Assembly (NCBI GenBank): GCA_946965045.2
Contig: OX337235.1
Span: 1,116,001 to 1,180,000 of the forward strand
DNA: 64,000 bases
Reading direction: 5' to 3'
Source: Epithemia pelagica
Lineage: Eukaryota > Protista > Bacillariophyta
Part shown: one piece after another, positions 54,932 to 64,000 of the stretch
How positions within the stretch are numbered: the first letter of the stretch is position 1
How the letters are laid out: each line of letters starts with the position of its first letter
The notes under the pieces: model-generated
Told to the model about the DNA's origin: nothing
Seen by the model: the letters and a program-made list of their open reading frames with translations, nothing else
Databases searched by the model: none
Made by a program: the position numbers and the translations under genes

Positions 54932-55921
54932 CTACGACAATGAATCAAAGATCTCTTTTGCGGAAATCTTGTAAGGGTTCCCGGGTGCCCCCGAATAGTT
55001 TCCGAGGCGGAGATCCTGTGCCGTGATTTCCATCACAACATCTTGACCCCCAGGGGCGTACACAGAATGACTGGCCCCTTTGCGGTTCGCCTTCGCATCT
55101 TCGTACGTGGTACCATGAGGGATTCTGTATACATCCAAACATCGCAAAATCTTCCGGCCATTACGGTCACGCTTCTTCCCTTTGAAACGTACTTTGAGAA
55201 GAAAGCCAAGTGTGGGCGCTTCGTTGTTGGGCTGAAGAGGCGTATAGCTAACAACGGCATTTTTCATCATGTCGTCGATCGCATCTATCTCGTAGCCCTT
55301 GGCATTTCCCCAGCTAAATTGAAACACAACATCTGGGTTGACGCGCTCTGTCTGCTCTCTAGTTGCATGGATTTTTGGTGGATTTGCTAAGTCCTTTGGT
55401 ACCAACAATCCTTTCACATGCACGCACTTGTCTCTCCCCCAAAATGCAATGTCTGGCTTGCGTCGCGTTTCTTTGTGGTTCGGTAAAGCTTGGATGAAAA
55501 CATTCGTGCTTCCATCTACCGCAACCCCCCATACATTGTCGCCCCACGCTATGTTGAACAATCGAGTGTACAGATCGGTTACCTTGTCGTGTGCACCCGA
55601 GGTTATTCGCAAACGAGCCGTCCGGGATTTTGGATCAATCACCACAGGGAGGTCTGGAAAGCCACGCTTCACCAGTTCTGCTTCGAGCTCGTCCAGATAC
55701 TCAAACGTCTTGTCCTTCAGCTGTCTCAGTTCTTTTGGCAGGTCCACCAGTTCTCCGTCCTCAGAGTCGTCGTTGTCGTCGTCGTCGTCGTCGTCGTCGT
55801 CAGGGCCCTCAAACAGAGCGGTTTCCGAGTCCTCCTTAGGGTCGATCAAGCGGTCTTCTGCTGTGTCCTCGCAATCCGTTTTCCCTCCTTCCCACTCCTT
55901 TTTCTCTTCCTGGATATCCAT
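54932..55921 (-). CDS. Uma2-like / PD-(D/E)xK-fold protein with an acidic N-terminus
   Basis: RRKPDIAFWG...VNPDVVFQFSWGN resembles the Uma2 PD...PD(L/V)xxEV pattern; poly-Asp N-terminus. Confidence 0.55.
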   Translation of the reverse strand: MDIQEEKKEWEGGKTDCEDTAEDRLIDPKEDSETALFEGPDDDDDDDDDNDDSEDGELVDLPKELRQLKDKTFEYLDELEAELVKRGFPDLPVVIDPKSRTARLRITSGAHDKVTDLYTRLFNIAWGDNVWGVAVDGSTNVFIQALPNHKETRRKPDIAFWGRDKCVHVKGLLVPKDLANPPKIHATREQTERVNPDVVFQFSWGNAKGYEIDAIDDMMKNAVVSYTPLQPNNEAPTLGFLLKVRFKGKKRDRNGRKILRCLDVYRIPHGTTYEDAKANRKGASHSVYAPGGQDVVMEITAQDLRLGNYSGAPGNPYKISAKEIFDSLS

Positions 55922-57125
55922 GGGGGAGCTCGTTGTTCTGTTCTCGAACTAATAATACGGTCCCAAAGTTGAAAGTTGGAAGTTGCTCGGTCAAAAAGAG
56001 TCAAAACGTGATTGATTGTGTGAACAAAAAAGGAATTGGTTTGTCTTATACGCTTCGTATAAGTCTACCTTTATCACTCGTCGTCCTACCCTTCCCCACT
56101 CACTGAGCACTCACTGAGGAGTAAGTCACTCCCCACACTCCCACTACCTAAGCCCCAAAAATTACTGTACTTAGATTTTTTATTCTAGTGTTTTGTAGGA
56201 GTTCCCATTGTGTTGGTGCATGCTGCTGTGTTCTGTGTTGTCTTGTGTCGCTCGTGGTCGGGTCGCGAGAGGAGTGGTGGGGGATGGGGGATGGAAGAAC
56301 TAAGTATTCTGTCACACTATTTATGCAACAAGCACGCCTCGGACTTTGATTGGCAACCAACAATTGTGAGACAAATGATACTTAGACATAAAGCGTTATA
56401 AAATCATCCGATATAATCGGATGACGTCCCTTAAGTGATGCGGTTATTTAAAAACAATTAAGATTACCTAGTGCCCTATCGAAAGTTGGGCAAGCTTAAT
56501 TGTATAAAACTAATTAGGCTCACGACTACTAAGTATCCATTCAGAGAACCGATCACTTAGGAAGACCGAAAATTACCTAGGGTGCACTGGCACGACTCCT
56601 CGTGACAAAGGAAGCTAACATACTTTAATAGCCCCCGGGGACTCCTCGTCGCAGGGCGCTCCTCGTGGCTTAACTCCTCGTCGGGCAATAGCTTCTCGTC
56701 GTGGACTGCCCCCTCGATCCGCTTATGCGGATCTCACAGGGGCAGTCCACTCCTCGTCGCTATTGCCCTTCTCGGAGTTCAGCCACTCCTCACACCCTAG
56801 CTCCTCCTCGTCCACCCTCAGCTATTAAAGTAGACTTACAACTTCTAAACAAGACTGAGATTACAACTACGAAAGATATGTTTTCCCCTTTCCAGTAAAC
56901 GGGTATGCGGTAATGACCATGACCCCAGTCGTGGCGGGACTCCCGTATCAAGCTAGGATAAACATTCCCCGTAAGAGACGCAGGATCTTACCCAGTCCTA
57001 GAGATGAACCGGAGTCCCGACAACACGTGAGTCAATCGAGGGTGGGCCCGACCGTCCAAATGCAGAAGAGTAAGTAGTAAGTAAACCGAGACAGGAGCTC
57101 ATTTCGACGATCACGCGGTAACATC

Positions 57126-57581
57126 TGTCGGAACAAGCACTTTGATGTCTATATAGGCTAATTAGTGTGGAATTGGTGGAGTAACGGTCACTAGCTAGTG
57201 CTTAGGTTCGACTCCTACGTGCTCCTCCTTTTCCAGTCACGACAACATGGAGGAGTTCTGCAGAGTGTAAACCTATGGAACGATGAAGTGTAACCCCAAC
57301 ATGGATAGGTTCGAAGTTCGAATCGAATGGGAAACGTTGAATTTATCAAATCAATCAAATCAAATCTATCCAAAATCAAGTCAATCTAACATCAAATCTA
57401 AAAGTCTACCTCAGCGGATAACAAACGACGAAAACTATCGACATCAAAGTGGGGGGGTGTGTCGGAACAAGCACTTTGATGTCTATATAGGCTAATTAGT
57501 GTGGAATTGGTGGAGTAACGGTCACTAGCTAGTGCTTAGGTTCGACTCCTAAGTGCTCCTCCTTTTCCAGTCACGACAACA
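57126..57581 (+). mobile_element. TRIM (terminal-repeat retrotransposon in miniature), 456 bp
   Basis: 122-bp LTRs at 57126..57247 and 57460..57581 (TG...CA, one mismatch). 212-bp non-coding interior that starts TGG and ends with the PPT AAAGTGGGGGGG. 5-bp TSD ACATC (57121..57125 and 57582..57586). Confidence 0.9.
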
Positions 57582-60500
57582 ACATCTTGGTGAACAAATC
57601 AGCAATATTGGTGGCCGTGTCTTCCTTGCCAACGCGTAAGATACCGGCTGCCGCAGCCTCGCGCACAGAGTGGTAGTTGATCGCATTGTGTCGTTTGGAC
57701 AGTACCGATGCAGGTACACTCGTGTTCTTGACGACACCCCTGTTATCACAAAGCAAGTTCGCTGGTCCCACCACAGGTACGCCAAACATCCGCAGCTTGT
57801 ATCGAATGGAGACGATCATTTCTTTTGCAATTCGCATGGCTACAAACTCACTCCCGAAAATCAATGTTTCCGCAGTGTTCTGCCGTCGAGAGTACCACAA
57901 GATCGGTGCGTTTTGAAGGAGGATCAGAACGCCGCTGTGTGACCGCCGCGTCACCAAATTGCCTGCATGATCCGCATCAACGAAGCATGTTACCTGTACT
58001 GGCCTCCCAAGTGGCTCTGGCATATTTGCCGGTACCTCTTCTGCGACGTCCCCGTAGAATTCCCGCCATTCTCCCGCGGATACTTGGGCAAAACATGTCT
58101 CGTCCAATGTCACCTCCTTTGGATCGAATACTAACTTCATCTTCTTGTGTGTTTTTAGATATGCAAAGATGTGGTACACGGCCTCCAGGTGTCCCTGACG
58201 TGGGCTTGAGAGATATTGTGATAGCAGCGACACCTCAAGGTAAATATCCACTCGACCGAACTCCACGGCCCACTGGAGTATTCCCACTAACTGTTGAAAT
58301 CGTGCTGTAAGGTCCTTGTCTAACTCTTGGCTCACGTCCAACTCGGGCTTGTAAGCTGTAACGACCGGTACGTGTGCCATCGTCTTCAAGTGCATTCCTG
58401 TCCCATCATCCTCTAGCATGCCTTCCACTATCTTTATTGCGTTGCTCACATATTTCTCACTGTTCATTCCCCAGGCCCAAGTACCATCGGGTAGGTTGTG
58501 CCTGTAAATCTGCGCTCCAAGATATATCTCTGGCTCACCTATGCCTTGGCCTTGATCTTGTAGTGTTTGTTTATCTCATCGAATACCGGGTGTGGATCCT
58601 CACTCACCAGGAGAATGTCGTCTACGTAGACCAGTATAAGTTTGTAGTATTCTTCCCCACTTTTCCTTTTCTTCTTGCGTCGTAGTACACAAGGGTCCGC
58701 CATGGTATCACGAAATCCCATGTCGTACAACGTGGCCATGAGCGTGGCCCGCCAACTAGCCCCTGAAGACTTTAACCCATACAGGGCTCTCACCATGACA
58801 CACACTCGACCTTGAAACTCCTTCCCTACCTCCGGTCCGCCAAGAAACCATATCTTCTCCCTGCACGGTGCATTCAAATATGCATTGCCAATATCACAGG
58901 CGAGAACGTTGAGTTTGTTCAAGGCAGCGATTAGGAATGCCACCCGGATCGAATCACGGCTCACCACGCTCGAGTAGGTTAAGCTGCTTGGCGCGTCCGT
59001 CGTATGTCCTCCCGCCACCAGGCGTGCTTTCCGAGTAAGATCCATCTTGATATCGAAGACCATGTGGCATGAAATTTCAGTGTAGCCAATTAGTTGTCGA
59101 CCGGCGCGGACGTCCTCTAAGTTAAGATCATCCCTGGCCTCCCAGGACACGTTTACCACCTTTAGCTCTTTCTCTATAGCGTCCCTCCAGTACGTTGTCC
59201 CCGTCAACTCGTCTATCTTTAGGGCTTCTTTGACTGAGTGTGGTAGCTGAATCCCGTATTTCTTGGTCGTCCTCCAGTACTTTTTCTTCACCTTCTTCAC
59301 GATTCTACGCAGATGGTTTAGTACTTGTGGGACCCGCCAATGGAAAGCGGGTTCTTGCTCGATTCCTTGCGCGACCGCGTATTCCGCCAACTCTATTGCG
59401 TATCCTTCCTTCATATCTTTCAGTGGTACCCACTCCTGGTTGCCATCAATCCATTCCACTGCTATCTCCCACCCTTTCGTCGTTCTTTTCGGATGCTTGT
59501 TCCCATTTGCCGAAACCGTGAAACCATCTTGTCGGCTGACCGCGTCCCCGTTCTTCTTGTGCCCTATGATTTCTTTCAGCATCACGTGGCGTTTCCCTTC
59601 GCTATCAATTTGGGCAAAGAGATTCTTGGCCACAACGTTCGCCGTATATTCGTGTACTGCACCCCCAGGGAACCTAACCGAGTAAGTTCTTGTGTCAAAG
59701 AGCGGATTCTTGTGCCTCCTGCCGATGGGCTTTCCGTCCAGTCCCTTTTGCCGCTTTATCACAGTCTCTATCACGTCCTCACTTCCCACGTTCATCTTTA
59801 TCTCTGCCCCTAGGAATTCGTCATATCCCTCTTCGTATTCCTCTGCCTCTCTCAGTGCTTCTTGCACCATCTTCCCATATTCCTCGTCAGTTGGGATGAT
59901 TCCCCTCTGGTGTCCCCGTCTTTCTTCCTCCAACTCCTCGACATCTTCCAAGTATCCCGGTCCCTTTGTTTCTTGGTCCGTAAAGTTCCTGTCATCGAGC
60001 CTTTCCGCAACAATCAACTTGAATTGCCTGATCCTTTCGGATATCTTTGGGTCATCCATGTCGGCCTGTGTGACGTGTTGTACCGTTGTCCTTGCTATCA
60101 CTTTGCCCGACTTGGTTAAGACCCAATAACACAAGTCGCTGCCAATACGATGGGCAACTCCCAACCAGTACCCAAGTGAGGGCTGTTCGTCAGTGGTATC
60201 ACCCTTCGAGTTGTCGTGAAACCACACGAGATCAAAGAACGAAAAATCGAGCCATTCGGATATGTCAGGCGTATCCCCAGCAAGTCGCTCAATTCCAGTC
60301 CGCCCATCTTGTCCCCGGGCGACGCGACTGAGGATGCCGGCTTCATATACGAGGCCATAGTCCCAAAGACGCTTTGGAACGTTCAAATCGGCCATGCGAC
60401 GGCGCCAACGTTGTTTGAGTAGTCCGATCTCTCTTTCTGCGCGATGGTTTTGCTTGCCTGTGCCCTTTTCGCTCCATTCAATGTCGATACGATGGTGCCG

Positions 60501-61870
60501 AACGAGCTTGGAGAAAAGTGTAGATGCCCCAGTTTGCTCACCGGCAAGGTCGGCCGTAAGGCGGGCTGGAACTCCGACTTCATCAATGAACTGTGCTAGC
60601 GCGTGTCCGGCCTGAGACTTGGAGGCCATAGGGTAGACAGCCGTGTATTGGCCGTCAGTAAAAACTTGAGCACACTTATTGCCACTTAAAGATAATGTCT
60701 TCGAGAACAGAGTATCGGTGAAAAGGCGAGTATCGAGACGGTTGCGGTGGAGTGCCAGGTTGTCAACCCGGTACCTTCGTGTAATAGGGGAGACCGCCGT
60801 ACGGATTCCCTGTTGGGTGGTCATTCGGAGGGTCGCACGGGCAGTTTCGAGCCCAACTTTCCATTTGCGACTGATAGTTTCTGGGGTCACCTGCGAGTGT
60901 TGCGTGGTATCAACTTGTTTGATGCTCGGCAGCGCCGCTAACTCTTGACTAATCCCAGCGGGTGTAAGGATGCGGGACACCTGTCCGATGCCCGCCACGC
61001 TCGCGTCATATGCTTCAATGTACGGACTCGCGTCATGTTGCGTGAGATCAACGTTTCTTGGGTCCCATAGCTCTTGTCTAGTAAGCGTGACGCTTGGTAA
61101 CTCCTCTATCTCCTTGGACGTCGGAGCCCGGGACTCGAAATAGACTGTCGTACCTTGCAGTTCAAACGGAATATGAATCCCGTCAGCCCAAATGCCGAAT
61201 CCGTCTTCCTTGACACGTGTCGGATCGTCTTTCACTGTATGACCGGCGAACCGTATTTGATTCTGATTAAGCAAACTCTTATCTAAATGTTCCCCGAACC
61301 ACAACATCTGGTGACCAATCAACACCAGTTCCACTCCAGTTTTCGCCTCTCGAATGACCGTCGCACATGTTGCCACCGGGATGTGCCTACCATGAACCTG
61401 GTTACCTGTAAAATCGTTGACGGCACACTCCATTCCCGTCGTCTCTACCAGGGTCCAATTGCGGCCGGCACAACAAGTGTCGACCATTGTATCCATCTCG
61501 TTCCGTCCGGTTGTCTGGCTTTCGTCTCGATCTAACAACCAACCTTTTTCTATTTTTCCGATTTGTCTCTGTGGCCCACAAGTGACCGTGCTAACCCCTC
61601 TTCCCCCTTGTTGTCCCCCTTGACTACGGTTCTCTCCCTGATTCCCCTGTTGTCCGTAAGCGCCTGCCCCAAAGCGCCTCCCATTGGTACTGCCTCTGTC
61701 ATCTGACGTCGTCTGGCCTTGCCCCTGTGTGCCAGTTGCCCGTGTCTGGTCGTTAGTGATGTCGGTAATAACCGAGTCACCACCACCACCGCCCGTTTGG
61801 ATCTCTGAAATGCCCCTATTGTCCCTATTGCCGCCCCCACGACCGCCACCGCCGCTGCCATAATACCGTC

Positions 61871-61940
61871 CACCACCGCCTCTGCCACCACGTCCCCGAC
61901 CACCGCACCACCGCCTCTGCCACCACGTCCCCGACCACCG
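61871..61940. repeat. 35-bp perfect tandem duplication that frameshifts gag-pol
   Basis: caccaccgcctctgccaccacgtccccgaccaccg x2 (61871..61905 and 61906..61940). Confidence 0.95.
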
Positions 61941-62818
61941 AAGCCTCGACCCGAGTTGTTGGTACCGCGAAGGCGTTCGCGTTCCTGGTACACGTATGCT
62001 TGGCCAGCCGGGCCAAGCGTCTGCATCTCTTGAGAAGAAAAGCGGCGCTGAACGTCGGTGACGTCGACGCCATAGAAATGATAAACACCATTTTCTTGGG
62101 TGAGACCATGGAAACTACGAGGTCGCGAGGATGAGGTGGTTTCCGAGATGAATCGGTGGCGTCCTTGGTTACGTGAAGGAACAGTAACGTCGGGAAAAAG
62201 TTCGGATACTTCACGCGAGATATAGGAAATCGCGCCGTGAAGGTCGGAACGGAGGGTGATGCGAACGTGTCCTTTAATAACAGCGAACTCAGGTGAGGTG
62301 ATTCGAATGTTGTCGATGAGAATTTTTACTTGGTTGGATGGGGTGCGACGGTTTGGCGTGTTTTCCAGGGTGCGAAAAGCCTTGAGTAACTTTGCAACTC
62401 GGAAGCACACCCAACCAAGCAAGATTCCGCCACCGCCCCATCATGATTCCCACGTCCCTCCAACACAGACTGACGTTGACACTATTGTCCTCGTACGAAG
62501 CCAACGAGCTCACTCCTGTCGTAGGAATCCAATGCAACTCATTGATTTGACCATCCTTGTCCTACAATGCGAACTTTAACGTTGCAACACGTATCCTGAC
62601 GCATGCGGTGGATGGGCAAACCCGCAATTCTCGCGATCAATCCATATCGTGTAACAGCACAAAGATACTCGTCAGAGAGATCCTCTCCGCAGTCGTGCCC
62701 TTCCTGATTCAGATTCCTAGTCGAATCAGAATCTCATCTCTCATCCAAAGTTGCTTTCCCACAAGGCTCATAATCTGCAAATCAAGCAACTTATCAACAC
62801 AAACACCAAATCGTCAAC

Positions 62819-63538
62819 ATGAAGCTTTCTGCCGCCACTCTTGCCCTTTTCGCCACTGGTGCTTCTGCCTTCAACTTCGGCAAGGCCCCTGCTGCCTCCA
62901 AGACCTCCTTGGAAGCCGCCTCCCTCAATGGCTGGACTCCTGATGCCACCAAGTTCGCCTACGGTCTTCCAGGATCTTTGGACCCTGTCCCTGAATTCGA
63001 CCCCTTGGGTTTTGCCGCTGATGCCGATTTGGACAAGGTGAAGCAATACCGTGAAGCCGAGCTCCAACACGGCCGTGTTGCCATGTTGGCCGTGATCGGT
63101 TTCCTTGTCACCGAAGAACCGATTGAGTTCCACCCTCTCTTTGAGGCCGCCAACAAGGACATTGGCCCTGCGATCCGTCATTTGGACGAAGTGCGTGCCG
63201 TTGCTCCTATTTTCTTTGAGTTGTTGGCTGTTGTGATTGGAACTTTGGAATTGAACCGTGCCTTGGTTGGCTGGATCCGTCCTTCGGAAGTCAAGAAGCA
63301 AGTGTTGAACGACGACTACTTCCCTGGTGATGTTGGTTTTGATCCTCTTGGCTTGAGGCCTGAAGACGAAGAGGAATTCCTCGCCTTGCACACCAAGGAA
63401 TTGCAAAATGGCCGTCTTGCCATGCTTGGAGCTGCTGGTATTGTCGCCCAAGAATTGGTGAACGCCAAGGAGATTTTTGTCAACTTGGGCTTGTCTCAAG
63501 ACCGATTGGACCCTTCTTCTCTTCCTGTTCAATTTTAA
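62819..63538 (+). CDS. LHCX: Lhcx-type light-harvesting protein, 239 aa
   Basis: Nearly identical to 47299..48018 over the 5' two-thirds; diverged at the 3' end ([26 protein letters not shown]). Confidence 0.9.
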   Translation: MKLSAATLALFATGASAFNFGKAPAASKTSLEAASLNGWTPDATKFAYGLPGSLDPVPEFDPLGFAADADLDKVKQYREAELQHGRVAMLAVIGFLVTEEPIEFHPLFEAANKDIGPAIRHLDEVRAVAPIFFELLAVVIGTLELNRALVGWIRPSEVKKQVLNDDYFPGDVGFDPLGLRPEDEEEFLALHTKELQNGRLAMLGAAGIVAQELVNAKEIFVNLGLSQDRLDPSSLPVQF

Positions 63539-64000
63539 AAAGTACTGCAAACATTTGAGCATACCCAATTTGAGATCATTCATCAAGGGATAAAGTAAAA
63601 GGAAACGTTTTTCTTTAGTACCCAGTCAGGTGTCGTTATATCCAGAACAAAGTGGAATAGTCTTTGCATTCCATCTGCGACTATGAACAGTTAAGGCTCA
63701 ATGGAGAGAGTTCTAGAGTGAGAGCTTGCACACTCTACCTGATGGGTTGGATCGCGTAAGAGAAGTTGATGTGAAGGGTTTTTGTGCGAGAAAACGGTTT
63801 GACTTGCTTGATACATGGAAAGAACGACCTATGGAATCTCCGCATATGGTTGCATTGGTATCTATCCATAAGCTTCTTTCTCTGAGTTTGACTGTATTTG
63901 TGCACATTGTTGAACGATCGTGAAGGAGTCGGAAATACCATGTTGTCGTTTGGATTGGTTGCTGCTACCCTTCATCATAGAGTCTCCGGAGTTTTCAACG

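Larger units (their letters stand above)
56211..62394 (-). mobile_element. Decayed, 5'-truncated Copia (CoDi-like) element; 3' LTR boundary tentative (56211..57025)
   Basis: Gag C-terminus, then MDTMVDTCCAG, integrase (LFTDTLF, LTADLA, QNHRAEREI), RT (DIGNAYL, ALYGLKSSG, VYVDD) and RNase H (FVDADHAG, CDNRG, ADLFTK). Disrupted by a 35-bp duplication, a frameshift near 58545 and a TRIM. The candidate LTR has TGTTG/CAACA ends but no second copy to confirm it. Confidence 0.85.

Noticed and set aside
61538-61560. Programmed frameshift between gag and pol of the second Copia
   Set aside because: Fully explained by the 35-bp duplication at 61871..61940.

Overview
Eukaryotic nuclear DNA, most likely from a pennate diatom. 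This rests on Lhcx-type fucoxanthin-chlorophyll proteins, CoDi-like Copia elements, a DUF6824-like gene, bipartite-looking N-termini and a GT-AG intron; the species cannot be determined. Ordinary genes (aldo-keto reductase, TraB-domain protein, TPT-family translocator, SpoU methyltransferase, NodU/CmcH carbamoyltransferase, a giant DnaJ protein split by a 200-N gap) are interleaved with a rearrangement-rich accessory fraction. That fraction holds four Lhcx copies (three full-length, one 5'-truncated, with mosaic sequence) and two Crinkler-like NTPase + restriction-endonuclease genes plus a stand-alone Uma2-like nuclease. It also holds a near-perfect 4104-bp head-to-tail duplication of a Mutator-like transposase and a MITE. 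A young full-length Copia element carries an extra ORF upstream of gag. A decayed second Copia element carries a complete 456-bp TRIM (122-bp LTRs, PPT, 5-bp TSD) inside its RNase H. All calls come from reading motifs by eye; no database searches were run.
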